The notes below the pieces were generated by a model. That model was not told the origin of the DNA. It was given only the letters and a program-made list of their open reading frames with translations, and searched no databases. 64,000 nucleotides of DNA from Vicinamibacterales bacterium. Lineage in GTDB: Bacteria; Acidobacteriota; Vicinamibacteria; Vicinamibacterales; UBA8438. Numbering within the stretch: position 1 is the stretch's first letter; the number at the start of each line of letters is the position of its first letter. Below, piece after piece: positions 18,426 to 28,648 of this stretch. The stretch is taken from contig OZ240205.1 in assembly GCA_965197395.1 (NCBI GenBank), forward strand, positions 1,787,107 to 1,851,106, in the 5' to 3' direction. The position numbers and the translations under genes were made by a program.

Positions 18426-19610
18426 ATGATGAACCGCCGCCAGTTCGTCTACGCCGCGGCCGCCGGTGCCGCCATGTTGGCCCGCACGCCGAGGGTATTC
18501 GGGGCAACGCACGATCTGATCGTGAAGGGCGGGCGCGTGATCGATCCGTCGCTGCGAATCAACGCGATCGGTGACGTGGCAATCGCCGCCGGCCGCATCG
18601 CGGCGGTCGAGACCGACATTGCGGACGATGCCACCGAGACGTTCGATGCGCGTGGCAGGCTCGTCGTCCCGGGGTTGCTCGACATCCACACGCACTACGC
18701 ACGGGATCGCGAAGGATCAACCATCGGTTTGGAGGGCGGCGTCACCGGATGGATCGATTCCGGATCGGATGGGGCGGACGGCATCGACGAGCTGGTGGCC
18801 AATGCGCGATCGGCACCGCAGCCGGGACGCGTGCTCATCAACATCGGTCGTGCCGGTATCTTGCCCGACGGCGACACGATGGACCTCGCGCTTGCCGACG
18901 TCGATGCGGCGAAGGGCGCGATTGCGCGCCACCGTGACGTCGTCATCGGCGTCAAGGCGCGGCTGTCGAGAAATGTCGCTGCCGACGATGTCGAGGTGCT
19001 GCGTCGCGCACAGGAAGTCGCCTCGTCCTTCGACCTGCCAGTGATGATCCACATGGGACAAACGGTCTCGCCGCTGCCCAGGCTGCTCGATCTTCTCAAG
19101 CGCGGCGATATCGTCACCCACATGTTCGCGCCGCCGCCCAATAGCATCATCGACGACACGGGCCACATCCTGCCGGCAGTGCTGGCCGCCCGGCGACGCG
19201 GCGTGTGGTTCGATGTCGCCAACGGACGGACCGGCCATCTGCGGTGGGACACGTTCGACGGCATCATGCAGGCGGGTTTTTGGCCCGATACGATTTCCAC
19301 GGATGGGAGCACGACGAGCCGGTCGGCGGAGAGCGTCATCGATTTCCCCAACGTCATGTCCAAGTTCCTGAACTTCGGCATGACGCTCGACCAGGTGGTG
19401 GCGCGCGCGACCGTCAATGCCTCGCGCGTGTTCCCGCTGTTCGCCGACCGCGGCACGCTCAACGTGGGCGCGCCGGCCGACGTTGCCGTGCTCGAGCTGC
19501 GGGACGGCACCTTCGAGTTCGTCGATAACTACGGGAACACGCGCACCGGCCGTCAGAGGCTCTTCCCGAGCGGCACCGTGCTCGGCGGCGCGGTCGTTGC
19601 GCGCGTCTAG
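18426..19610 (+). CDS. amidohydrolase-family metallohydrolase with Tat-type signal
   Basis: MMNRRQFVYAAAAGAAMLA (twin-arginine-like), VVPGLLDIHTHY (HxH metal site), dihydroorotase/deacetylase-like length. Confidence 0.8.
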   Translation: MMNRRQFVYAAAAGAAMLARTPRVFGATHDLIVKGGRVIDPSLRINAIGDVAIAAGRIAAVETDIADDATETFDARGRLVVPGLLDIHTHYARDREGSTIGLEGGVTGWIDSGSDGADGIDELVANARSAPQPGRVLINIGRAGILPDGDTMDLALADVDAAKGAIARHRDVVIGVKARLSRNVAADDVEVLRRAQEVASSFDLPVMIHMGQTVSPLPRLLDLLKRGDIVTHMFAPPPNSIIDDTGHILPAVLAARRRGVWFDVANGRTGHLRWDTFDGIMQAGFWPDTISTDGSTTSRSAESVIDFPNVMSKFLNFGMTLDQVVARATVNASRVFPLFADRGTLNVGAPADVAVLELRDGTFEFVDNYGNTRTGRQRLFPSGTVLGGAVVARV

Positions 19611-19681
19611 CGGCAGTTGTAGGACGCCGGTGGTATAAGTAACAGCGGACCAGGGCGCCACGGGGCGGTTCTGGCCGGGCT

Positions 19682-20029
19682 GTGCGGCTTTTCTTTTCTG
19701 AAGGCGAGGTTGATGACACGCTGGAGCGTTGCGACCACCTCCGCGTCGGCGCCGCGCACTACCCACCGACGCACTCCCGGGAGTTCCCGGAGCTGGGCGT
19801 CACGCTCAGCGTCTACGAGGGCGTCGTCGATGTCGCCGTCCCGGTCACGCCAAACGCCGAGTTGTTCAACTGGACCAACCCCGAAAAGCCGGATCAACTC
19901 AAGGTGCCGGTGTCGGTGCTGTTCCAGGCGTGCAGCGAGACAATCTGCTACGTGCCGCGGACGGAGGCGCTGTCGCTGACGGTGCCGATCGAGCCGCTGC
20001 TCACCTCGGGAGCGCCGAGAGCCAGGTAG
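19682..20029 (+). CDS. DsbD_N-like domain protein (possibly N-terminally truncated)
   Basis: VSVLFQACSETICYVPRTEALSLTVPI resembles the C-terminal Cys pair of DsbD N-terminal-like domains. No signal peptide is visible and the start is doubtful. Confidence 0.35.
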   Translation: MRLFFSEGEVDDTLERCDHLRVGAAHYPPTHSREFPELGVTLSVYEGVVDVAVPVTPNAELFNWTNPEKPDQLKVPVSVLFQACSETICYVPRTEALSLTVPIEPLLTSGAPRAR

Positions 20030-20075
20030 CAATCACCGGAACCGGCCACGGACCGGAGGGGGCCGTGGCGGTCTG

Positions 20076-21506
20076 TTGTCGTCACCGCAGTCGACTTCCA
20101 GCAAAGCCGTGAGAAACGAGCGTACGGTCTGGTGGCTGCGGTCGATGGCGGTCGTCGCCGTTCTCGCATCCAGCCTCCCCGACGCGCGGGCGGACGACCT
20201 CGATCAGCCAGATGGGCACGAGCCGCTCGACCAGCAGAACGAAATCGACGAAGAGCCCTTTGAGCAAGAGTACCCCCTCGTCGATTGGGGTACGCTGATC
20301 GACTTCCGGTTCGCGGCGACGGACGACGCCGTCAGCGTTCTCGACGGCGGGCTCGGCAAGACACGGTACGGCGCAGGCGCCGGGTCCGATCCGGCCGTGC
20401 CGCGCGGTGCGGATCTGTTCCGCCTGTCCCAACTGTCGTTCTGGATGGACGCGCACGCGAGTGAGACGCTGGGGCTCTTCGCACACGCGAACGTCGATGC
20501 CGAGCCGGACAAGAAGCAGCACCGCGGGCGCGTCGATCTCATCGAGGGCTTCGTCTTTTACCGCCCTCGGCTCACCGAGCGGTTTCACCTCGACGTGCGA
20601 GGCGGGGTCCTCATCCCGCCGGTCTCGCTCGAGCACCCCGGCGACGCCTGGACCACCATCTATACGATTACGCCCTCCGCGGTGAATAGCTGGGTGGGTG
20701 AAGAGGTGCGGGTCACCGGGGGTGAGCTCAACCTGCTTTGGACCGGTCTATCGCACGAGCTCGCCGTGACGGGCGCCGGTTTCGGCGGGAACGATCCCAC
20801 CGGGAGCCTGCTGGCGTTTCGCGGGTGGTCGCTTCAGGATCGGGTGAGCGGGCTTTCGGATCGGCTGCCCCTGGCACCGATTCCCTCTATCGGGCCGGGC
20901 GGCCCGTTCGCGCGCACGCAGCCGCTCTGGGTGAGCCCCTTCCGCGAGATCGATGGGCGGCTCGGCTATTACGGCGCCGCGAAGTGGGAGACCTTCGACC
21001 GGCTCATCGTGAGCGCGATGCACTTCGATAACCGATCCGACCAGGTCCAATTCGACGGCGATCAGTATGCCTGGAACACCGTCTTCGACGACGTCGGGCT
21101 GTGGTTCGCGATCCCCGGCGGTCTCGAGTTCGCCACGCAATACCTCACGGGACGGAGTCGCATGGGACGAACCCCAGGAGGTGACGATGCGGTCGCCATC
21201 GACTTCGAGGCCGCGTACGGACTGGCGAGCTATCTGCGGGGACGCCATCAGCTGAGCGTCCGATACGACACGTTCGACATTCGGGACCGAGACGTGGCGT
21301 TCGGCGCCCTCGATGACAATAATGAACGTGGCGACGCCTGGACGGTGTCGTATTGGCTCAGAACGGGGGAGCGGCATCGGCTCGCCGTCGAGTGGATGCG
21401 TGTGGATTCTGAGCGAGCAGCACGCGTGAGCCTCGGGTTGCCCCCGCAGGCCGTGGAGGATCTGTTGCAAGTGAGCTTTCGCCTCAGCCTCGGCTCTATC
21501 CTCTAA
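20076..21506 (+). CDS. putative outer-membrane beta-barrel protein
   Basis: Signal peptide (MAVVAVLASSLPDARA), then alternating hydrophobic/aromatic beta-strand pattern to the C-terminus. No named family recognised. Confidence 0.5.
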   Translation: MSSPQSTSSKAVRNERTVWWLRSMAVVAVLASSLPDARADDLDQPDGHEPLDQQNEIDEEPFEQEYPLVDWGTLIDFRFAATDDAVSVLDGGLGKTRYGAGAGSDPAVPRGADLFRLSQLSFWMDAHASETLGLFAHANVDAEPDKKQHRGRVDLIEGFVFYRPRLTERFHLDVRGGVLIPPVSLEHPGDAWTTIYTITPSAVNSWVGEEVRVTGGELNLLWTGLSHELAVTGAGFGGNDPTGSLLAFRGWSLQDRVSGLSDRLPLAPIPSIGPGGPFARTQPLWVSPFREIDGRLGYYGAAKWETFDRLIVSAMHFDNRSDQVQFDGDQYAWNTVFDDVGLWFAIPGGLEFATQYLTGRSRMGRTPGGDDAVAIDFEAAYGLASYLRGRHQLSVRYDTFDIRDRDVAFGALDDNNERGDAWTVSYWLRTGERHRLAVEWMRVDSERAARVSLGLPPQAVEDLLQVSFRLSLGSIL

Positions 21507-21516
21507 GAGGATCCGA

Positions 21517-22209
21517 GTGACAGCCTTGCCCCGCATCCCGCTTCCCATCGTTTCTCTCCTCGTCTTCGGCGCCGCTACCATCCTGGGGGCCGAGGGCGGA
21601 GCTGTCACCGGTACCGTGGAGATCCTGGACACGGGCGGTGTGAAACGGACGGTCGTGCGCGAGGTCTTCGTCTATCTCGACGGGAGCGCGGTGGCGGCGC
21701 CCACCGCGTCGCAGCCCCAGCGGTCGCGAGAGCTGAGCAGTCAGGACAAGACCTTCGTACCTCATGTACAAGTCGTCCTCGTCGGGGAGGAAGTCACCTT
21801 TCCCAATGTCGATGACATCATGCACAACGTCTTTTCCATCACGCGGGGGAACCGCTTCGATCTGGGCCTGTATAAGTCGGGCGCCGGGAAGACCCACGTT
21901 TTCGAAACGCCGGGGCTCGTCAGGGTCTACTGCAACATCCACCCGCAAATGAGCGCCTTCGTGCATGTCCGCGACAACCCGTACTTCGCGTGGGCCGAGC
22001 CCGACGGGCGCTTTCGTATCGATGACGTGCCGCCGGGCGACTACACCATCACCGTCTGGAGTGAGCAGGGTGGCACCGAGCAACCGATCTCGGTCGGGGC
22101 GCAGGGTCTCAGCGGAGTGCAGCTCGCCGTCGACGTGAGCCGCTACGAACGCAAACCCCACCTCAACAAGTTCGGGAAGCCCTACAAGAGGAAGCGTGGC
22201 CGGTACTAG
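21517..22209 (+). CDS. secreted cupredoxin-like (type-1 copper ligand set) protein with C-terminal CarboxypepD_reg-like domain
   Basis: Signal peptide, VTFPNVDDIMHNVFS (His ligand), VYCNIHPQM (Cys-x2-His-x2-Met), then DGRFRIDDVPPGDYTITVW. Confidence 0.7.
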   Translation: MTALPRIPLPIVSLLVFGAATILGAEGGAVTGTVEILDTGGVKRTVVREVFVYLDGSAVAAPTASQPQRSRELSSQDKTFVPHVQVVLVGEEVTFPNVDDIMHNVFSITRGNRFDLGLYKSGAGKTHVFETPGLVRVYCNIHPQMSAFVHVRDNPYFAWAEPDGRFRIDDVPPGDYTITVWSEQGGTEQPISVGAQGLSGVQLAVDVSRYERKPHLNKFGKPYKRKRGRY

Positions 22210-24910
22210 CAGCCCACCACGGGCTGCTTGGTCCTGGTCGCGGCTCAGCCTGCAGGCCAAGATCTTCTCGTTCTTCACTGTGATCGTCGTCGGCCTGGTC
22301 GGGCTGCTCCTGCTCTTCTCCTATCAGCAGGCCAATCAGCTGGCGGAGACCACGCTCGACGCGGCGCTGAGCTCCACGCGAATCCTCTACGAGAACTTCC
22401 AGGGCGAGCGGTTGGAAAAGCTCTCGCTGGTGAACTCCGTTGTCGCCGAGAGCCCGATCTTCAGAGCGATCGTGGCCGACGAAGAAGCGGCATACGACGG
22501 CGTGACCCTGCTCGACGCGGCCCAGGAGATGGTGCAAGGGGTCGGGAGCGATTTCATCATCGTCACGGACTACGAAGGACTCGTGCTGGCCCGCACCGAT
22601 ATGCCGGGGCGTGGCGGCGAGTCTCTCGACCACCGGTCCCTCATCGCGTCTGCCCTCGAAGGTGAGAGCGTCGCCGGTGTATGGCGCGAGGGCGAGCGCC
22701 TCTATCACGCGGTCTCCATTCCGATGATCATCGGGCCGACCATCCTGGGTACGGTGACGAGCGGTTATGCCATCGATGATCTGCTAGCGGAGGAGATCAA
22801 GCGCATCGCGGATTCCGAGATCGTGTTCTTCGCCGGCACCGGTGACGACGTATCGCTGGCCGGCACGACGTTGGGCGCCGACACCGAAGACTTCCGGGGC
22901 TGGTTTGCGGCGAGCGAGATGGTCGACGAGGCGTCCGATCTGCGTCCCTCCTTGGGACGCGAGACGTATCACGCGATTCTGCTGCCCCTCGAGACCCATG
23001 GGGGAGACAACGTCGGATTCTTCACGGCGTTGCGCTCCCGCGATCGAGAGCTTGCCGGGTTTCGCGCCTTCCAGCAGAGCGTGCTCCTGATCGGTGGGGC
23101 AGGGCTCCTGCTTGCCATCGGTGCGAGCCTGCTCGTGTCGCGAGGGATTACGGGGCCCATCAAGCGCCTGGTGACCGTGACGGACCGGATCCGGGAGGGA
23201 GACTACGACAGCCGCGTTGCGGCGGAGAGCGACGACGAAATCGGGTCGCTCGCCCATTCGTTCGGCTCCCTGCTTGACGAGCTGCGAGAGAAGCAGCTCA
23301 TGGAGAAGTACATCTCGCAGTCGGCCGCCGAGATGCTGCAGCGCAGCGGAGACAACCGTGGGCATGTCGTCGAGCGCAGGACCGTGACGGTGCTCATGTC
23401 AGACCTGCGGTCGTTCACCGCGTTGGGGGACGGGGCCACGCCAGACGAGATCGTGACGGGGATCAACCAGGCGCTGAGCCGCGAAGCCGAGCTGGTGGAG
23501 CGGTTCGGAGGGCAGGTCGACAGGTTTGTCGCCGATCGCATGATGGCGGTGTTTCGCGGTGGGGATATGGTGTGGTCTGCCCTCGGCTGCGCCCACGCCA
23601 TTCAGCAAGAGCTCGATGACGCGGGCCCGGCCGCTCGCTCGCTCCGTCCGAGCATCGGCATTTCCCAGGGAGACGCCGTGTTCGGCAATGTCGGCAGCTC
23701 GGATCGGCTCGACTACACGTTGCTAGGAGCGACCGTGCACATCGCGGGACGCCTCTGCGACGAGGCGCTCGCCGGCGACGTCCTGTTGTCGGATGAGGCC
23801 TTCCAGAGTGTCGAGGATCGCGTCGCGGCCGAACCGCTTCAGCCCCTCAAGATTCATGGCCTGGACCAATCGCTGCCGGTGTTCCTGCTCTCGGCCGGAT
23901 CTCTGAGGCAGCGACCTGCCACCGAAGCGCGCATGGGCTCGGGCACCCTGCGAGCTCCGGCGAGCGAGGTCACGGGAGCCGTGCCCGCCGTGCCCGCCGT
24001 GTCCGACCAGCCAGCCGAGCCTGTCCCGTTGTCGGCCATCAAGCCGGGCTTCGTGATTCGCAACCGGTTCAAGATCACGCGAGTGCTCGGGAGCGGCGGG
24101 ATGGGGATGGTCTTTCAGGCCCACGACCGCGAGCTCGATGAGCCCGTCGCCCTGAAGGTGCTGCGCGCCGAGATCTTGGCGGTCCCCGACATGTTGGAGA
24201 GGTTCAAGCGCGAGATCAAGCTGGCCCGCCGCATCGCCCACCGAAACGTGGTGCGGACCTTCGACTTTGGTGAGGAGAACGGGCTCAACTTCATCACCAT
24301 GGAGTACGTGCAGGGCATCACGCTGAAGCAGCTGATCCAAAGCAAGGGAGCGTTACCCGTCGCCGTGGGCCTGCGTATCGGCAAGCAGACCTGCGCCGGT
24401 CTGATCGCCGCGCACGAGCAGGGCATCGTTCATCGCGACGTCAAGCCGGAGAACATCATTCTGACGCCGACCAGTGAAGCGAAGATCATGGACTTCGGCA
24501 TCGCCCGTCCCTACGGGATGGGAGGCACCGAGGTGAACAGCGTCACCACGACCGGTATCAGTCTGGGCACACCGGATTACATGTCACCCGAGCAGGCCCA
24601 AGGCAAACAGGACCTCGATCACCGCAGCGATATCTACTCGGTAGGCGTCGTCTTGTACGAGCTCTTCACCGGTGTTCTGCCCTTCACCGGAGACACGCCG
24701 GTTGCGGTCGCCCTGAAGCACATACGCGACACCGCGGTGCCGCCCCGTGACGTGAGACCCGAGCTTCCGCCCGAGCTCGAGCCAATCATCGTCACGTGCC
24801 TCAACAAGTCACCCGCAAAGCGATTCCCCGATATGGCGAGCGTGCTCACTCAACTCGCCCACGTTGGCTCCGACCCCGAGGCGGGCCGAGCAGAACATCC
24901 CGTCGCGTGA
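22196..24910 (+). CDS. membrane sensor: periplasmic Cache-like domain, HAMP, class III nucleotidyl cyclase homology domain, Ser/Thr kinase
   Basis: Two TM segments flank a ~270-aa periplasmic region. HAMP (ITGPIKRLVTVTDRIREGDYD...). Cyclase domain (VTVLMSDLRSFT ... VDRFVADRMMAVF ... DYTLLGATVHIAGRL). Pro/Ala linker. Hanks kinase (VALKVL, HRDVKPENIIL, DFGIAR, GTPDYMSPEQ). Confidence 0.85.
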   Translation: MAGTSSPPRAAWSWSRLSLQAKIFSFFTVIVVGLVGLLLLFSYQQANQLAETTLDAALSSTRILYENFQGERLEKLSLVNSVVAESPIFRAIVADEEAAYDGVTLLDAAQEMVQGVGSDFIIVTDYEGLVLARTDMPGRGGESLDHRSLIASALEGESVAGVWREGERLYHAVSIPMIIGPTILGTVTSGYAIDDLLAEEIKRIADSEIVFFAGTGDDVSLAGTTLGADTEDFRGWFAASEMVDEASDLRPSLGRETYHAILLPLETHGGDNVGFFTALRSRDRELAGFRAFQQSVLLIGGAGLLLAIGASLLVSRGITGPIKRLVTVTDRIREGDYDSRVAAESDDEIGSLAHSFGSLLDELREKQLMEKYISQSAAEMLQRSGDNRGHVVERRTVTVLMSDLRSFTALGDGATPDEIVTGINQALSREAELVERFGGQVDRFVADRMMAVFRGGDMVWSALGCAHAIQQELDDAGPAARSLRPSIGISQGDAVFGNVGSSDRLDYTLLGATVHIAGRLCDEALAGDVLLSDEAFQSVEDRVAAEPLQPLKIHGLDQSLPVFLLSAGSLRQRPATEARMGSGTLRAPASEVTGAVPAVPAVSDQPAEPVPLSAIKPGFVIRNRFKITRVLGSGGMGMVFQAHDRELDEPVALKVLRAEILAVPDMLERFKREIKLARRIAHRNVVRTFDFGEENGLNFITMEYVQGITLKQLIQSKGALPVAVGLRIGKQTCAGLIAAHEQGIVHRDVKPENIILTPTSEAKIMDFGIARPYGMGGTEVNSVTTTGISLGTPDYMSPEQAQGKQDLDHRSDIYSVGVVLYELFTGVLPFTGDTPVAVALKHIRDTAVPPRDVRPELPPELEPIIVTCLNKSPAKRFPDMASVLTQLAHVGSDPEAGRAEHPVA

Positions 24911-25019
24911 GGTCACCGGCACCACGGTCAACGCCCCGTTGATGCGGCGTGCACCGGCCGCCTTGCCAGCCGGGCGCCGCGCTCCAGAAACTCTGTCAAG
25001 GAATCTGCGAGACACGACA

Positions 25020-25409
25020 CTAGAACCCCACCGAGAGCAAGACGCCTCGACGCTCGTGCGAGAGCAACGGCGACACCGCCAGGCGACGAGTCGGACGTGG
25101 CCCGTCGTAAATGGTCTTGCGGCTCGAGATCATCGCGTCCACGGCGACGCCGACCCCCAGACCCATGATGCCTTGCCCGAGCGCTGCGACCGGAATGAAA
25201 CGGCCGGCGCCCGAGGCCGAGGCCCCGACGACCCCGATGAGCGCTCCGACGATGAAGCCCCGTCTCGCGCCGTCGGCCAGGGAGTCCGGACGCCGCTGTC
25301 GGATGAAGGCCACGTCAGCATCCGTCAGGTCGTGCCGGATCCCGTCGGCCAGCAGAGCCAGCGTCGACGGCGACAGAGCCGCGATCTTCCCCTTCATCAG
25401 CGAGGGCAC
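25020..25409 (-). CDS. small glycine-zipper membrane protein (may be the 3' part of a frameshifted gene starting at 25614)
   Basis: GFIVGALIGVVGASASGAG and GLGVGVAVDA glycine zippers. The overlapping ORF 25315..25614 supplies a signal/TM-like N-terminus in another frame. Confidence 0.3.
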   Translation of the reverse strand: MPSLMKGKIAALSPSTLALLADGIRHDLTDADVAFIRQRRPDSLADGARRGFIVGALIGVVGASASGAGRFIPVAALGQGIMGLGVGVAVDAMISSRKTIYDGPRPTRRLAVSPLLSHERRGVLLSVGF

Positions 25410-25899
25410 CGACGACCTGCGGCGAGCGCATGCCGGACGGCTGCGATCCTACGCTCACGCCAGTCAGGACACCTGCGATCAACATCAACAGAAACGGCGA
25501 CTGGCCCCAGCACACACCGGTTCCGCATTCAGGCGCGTAGCGTGCCACGAGCAACCCCGCAATGAGGCCAACGAAGACACACACAACGGCGATCCGCCTG
25601 AGCGTCATGATCATGCTCCCTCGAGAACCACGTGTCGTTGTGCCACATCCCTGAGGTCTTCAGGAGAATGTGACTCCCACAAGATGCCCACAAGACACGC
25701 ACGTCGCACGGGGAGTGCCAACCGCCGGCTATCACGCACGTCCTTGTCGCGCAGTTACTTAGGTCGTTTCGTGGAGGGTGGAATACGGCGCGCGCGAGCC
25801 AGGTCGGTCACCAGATATGCTTCGATGTACATCGAGTGTCCGTGTGAGAATGGCCCTTGCACGAGCGTCGGGTCGCTGGGCGCGAGGGTCGGTGCCGGG

Positions 25900-27447
25900 T
25901 CACGGCCGCTGTTCGGTCTCGGCCGCGAGCCGTTCGAGCAGGGCAGCGTCGATCGAGCGCTTGACCGTTCGCCGGTCGAGATCCAGACGTCTGGCCGTTT
26001 CCTGATAGCTCCCGGTTCTTGCGTAGACGAACGTGCAGTATCGCCGGACGAGCTCCTTGGCCGTGACGCCGCCATCGCGCAACGCCTCGCTGAGCTCGGC
26101 GCGGGCACCCGTCGTTGGAGCGGCGAGTGGGTGATACCGCTTGCGCACGAGCACGTTGCGCACGCATTGTTCGAGCTCTCTCACGTTGCCGCGCCACGCA
26201 TAGTCGGGGCCCAGATCCCGGTCCACGCAGGCCAGCACCTCTTCTGCGAGATCAGCGGCCTCGTCCGTACCAACCACCCGCTCGCTGACGAACAACGCCA
26301 GGTTGCGGAGCTCGTCGGGCGAGTCACGCAGCTGTTCGCGGAGCGATGGGGTCACGATCAGGTCCGAGCAGAGCCGGTAGTAGAGATCTTCCCGGAAGCG
26401 ACCGGCCCGCATTTCGGCCTCGAGGTCGCGGTTGGTCGAGGCGATCAGCTTGCCCTGAAATCCGCGAGAGGTCGTCTCGCCGATGCGCTGCAACTCGCGT
26501 GTCTGTAACACGCGCAGCAGCTTGACCTGAATCGAGGCGTCGAGCTCGCCGATCTCGTCGAGCAGCACGGTGCCGAGCGGCGGACACGATTCCAACCAGC
26601 CGACGCGGTCCTCCAGGGCCCCCGTGAAGGCGCCCTTCCGGTGCCCGAACAGCTCCGATTCGATGAGCGTCGGCGACAGCGCCGACAGATTGAGCGCATG
26701 GAAGGACCCTTCGAGGGTGGCCACGAAGGTCTCCCTGTTGGGGTCAAACGGGATGTATCTCGAGAGCGCGATGGCTCGGGCGACCAGCTCCTTGCCCGTA
26801 CCCGAGGGGCCGGTCACCAGTGTGGTGACGTCGTGCATGCGGCGGAACAGCGAGCGCTGGTAGCGGCGCATGTCGTGCGTGAAGATCGATTGCCACACGG
26901 CAGCGCGCAGATTGGCCGCGGGCCGCGACCCGCCGACGATGTGCCGGAAGATGAGGTCGAACGCGCGACGGAGCTGATAGAAGAAGGCGAACAGATGGGG
27001 TGGGTCGACGGTGCCGGGGAACCGCACGCCGTCGAGCATCAGGAAATGCCGAACGTCATCGCAAAAGCGCTGGTAGAGCTTCAGCCGACGCCGCCCGCGG
27101 GCCGGATCGATGTGGACCTGGTGGAATTTTTCGGCGTAGCGCACGTAGAGCGCGTAGGCGACGATGTAGGCGTAGAGCGCGAGCTCCTTGGGGGTTGCGG
27201 ATCCAGGTTGGAGCAATCGCTCTCGGGTGTCCCGCGCTACCCGCTCCGCAATGGCACCGACCTGCTCGAGGGCCGTGGTCCCGGCTTGGGGTTCCGCCCG
27301 CAGGCTCCAGACCGATCCCTGTGGAACGAAGTCCGGACCGAGAATCGCCCGTTGTCGCTCGATGAACTCGGCGTCGAACGGATTGCAGTACGTCAGCCGC
27401 GCCAGCGACTCGATCGCCTGTCGATCCTGTGACTGGAAGAGTGGCAT
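25900..27447 (-). CDS. sigma-54-dependent transcriptional activator (bEBP) with non-receiver N-terminal domain
   Basis: Walker [31 protein letters not shown] (GAFTGA loop), [18 protein letters not shown]-terminal [23 protein letters not shown]. Confidence 0.9.
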   Translation of the reverse strand: MPLFQSQDRQAIESLARLTYCNPFDAEFIERQRAILGPDFVPQGSVWSLRAEPQAGTTALEQVGAIAERVARDTRERLLQPGSATPKELALYAYIVAYALYVRYAEKFHQVHIDPARGRRRLKLYQRFCDDVRHFLMLDGVRFPGTVDPPHLFAFFYQLRRAFDLIFRHIVGGSRPAANLRAAVWQSIFTHDMRRYQRSLFRRMHDVTTLVTGPSGTGKELVARAIALSRYIPFDPNRETFVATLEGSFHALNLSALSPTLIESELFGHRKGAFTGALEDRVGWLESCPPLGTVLLDEIGELDASIQVKLLRVLQTRELQRIGETTSRGFQGKLIASTNRDLEAEMRAGRFREDLYYRLCSDLIVTPSLREQLRDSPDELRNLALFVSERVVGTDEAADLAEEVLACVDRDLGPDYAWRGNVRELEQCVRNVLVRKRYHPLAAPTTGARAELSEALRDGGVTAKELVRRYCTFVYARTGSYQETARRLDLDRRTVKRSIDAALLERLAAETEQRP

Positions 27448-27626
27448 GGTGGTGGTCGCATCATCCGAGCCACGTGGCGTCGGTGATGGACATTGAATGT
27501 ACGCCGGTGGTCATTCCACGTCAACGACTCGAGCGCAGTCTCCGGATCCACGACGCCGAACGCCCACGTTCTTCAGGGGATCGTCGTAAGATCGCCACGG
27601 GCCGCCTTCCGGGAGTTACTCCAAGA

Positions 27627-28577
27627 ATGACCAAGCGACACGCACTCGCCGTTGCCACGCTCGCCGCCGTGGGTATTACCGTTGCCGTGGCCGGCGGGGA
27701 GCAGAATCGGGGTGACCCGTTCGCGGGCGTCGAACTGATCACGGTGCCGGTCGCGGGCCAGGTCCACATGGTGCAGCGCCCGGGCGGCGGCGGCAATGTC
27801 GGGGTCTTCGCGGGTCCCGACGGCGTGCTGCTCGTCGACTCCCTGTTCGCGCCGCTGGCCGATCGGCTGGTGGCGGCCGTCGGGCGCGTGTCGTCCGGTG
27901 ACATCCGCTTCCTGGTCAACACCCACGTGCATCCCGATCACATCGGCGGCAACGAGCATCTCGCCAGCCGGGGCGTCGTCATCTTTGCGCACGACAACGT
28001 CAGGGTGCGCGCACTCGAACGACTCCGATTCCCCCGCGGCGGAGGGCGCTTCGCGCCGCAGCCCCCCGCGGGCGCGCGGCCGGTCGTGACGTACAGCGAT
28101 GCCGTGCGCTTTCACTTCAACGGCGAGGAGGTGGGCGCCTTTCTGGCGCCACCGGCGCACACCGATGGTGACACCTTCGTCTACTTTCCCGACTCGGACG
28201 TGCTGCACCTGGGCGATGTCTTCCGCACGACGAGCTATCCGATCATCGATGTCTACAACGGCGGCACGCTGGCGGGCACGACCGCGGCGCTGGAGATGGC
28301 GATCGCCATGGCAGGACCGGAGACCAAGGTGATTCCGGGCCACGGCCTCGAAGTGGTGGGGCGTGACGCCATGGTCGGGTTTCTCGACATGATCATCGAC
28401 GTCCGCGACCAGGTGCGGACCCTAATCGCCGAGGGTCACACACTGGCGGAGGTCATGGCTGCGGCGCCCACCGCCGCCTACGACGCCCAGTGGGGACAGG
28501 AGGCGTCGTGGACCGCGAACGACTTCGTGCCGATCGTGTATCACGAGCTCGGCGGCGGGGCGCTCTTCGTCCGTTGA
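27627..28577 (+). CDS. MBL-fold metallohydrolase, secreted
   Basis: Signal peptide MTKRHALAVATLAAVGITVAVAGG. NTHVHPDHIGG (HxHxDH motif). Start chosen at ATG 27627. Confidence 0.85.
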   Translation: MTKRHALAVATLAAVGITVAVAGGEQNRGDPFAGVELITVPVAGQVHMVQRPGGGGNVGVFAGPDGVLLVDSLFAPLADRLVAAVGRVSSGDIRFLVNTHVHPDHIGGNEHLASRGVVIFAHDNVRVRALERLRFPRGGGRFAPQPPAGARPVVTYSDAVRFHFNGEEVGAFLAPPAHTDGDTFVYFPDSDVLHLGDVFRTTSYPIIDVYNGGTLAGTTAALEMAIAMAGPETKVIPGHGLEVVGRDAMVGFLDMIIDVRDQVRTLIAEGHTLAEVMAAAPTAAYDAQWGQEASWTANDFVPIVYHELGGGALFVR

Positions 28578-28648
28578 GTGCGCATGGCCGAGGTGTCCGA
28601 GACCGGCTGCCTCGGCGTCGGCGTCCCCGGTGTAGCGGGAGGAGGACC

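Noticed and set aside
25630-25645. Sigma-54 promoter-like TGGCAC-N5 on the minus strand upstream of ORF 25315..25614
   Set aside because: The -24 GG element fits, but the -12 element reads CACG where TTGC is expected. Too weak to call.
25111-26508. 465-aa plus-strand ORF
   Set aside because: Antisense to the sigma-54 activator, whose Walker A and GAFTGA motifs fix the minus strand as coding.
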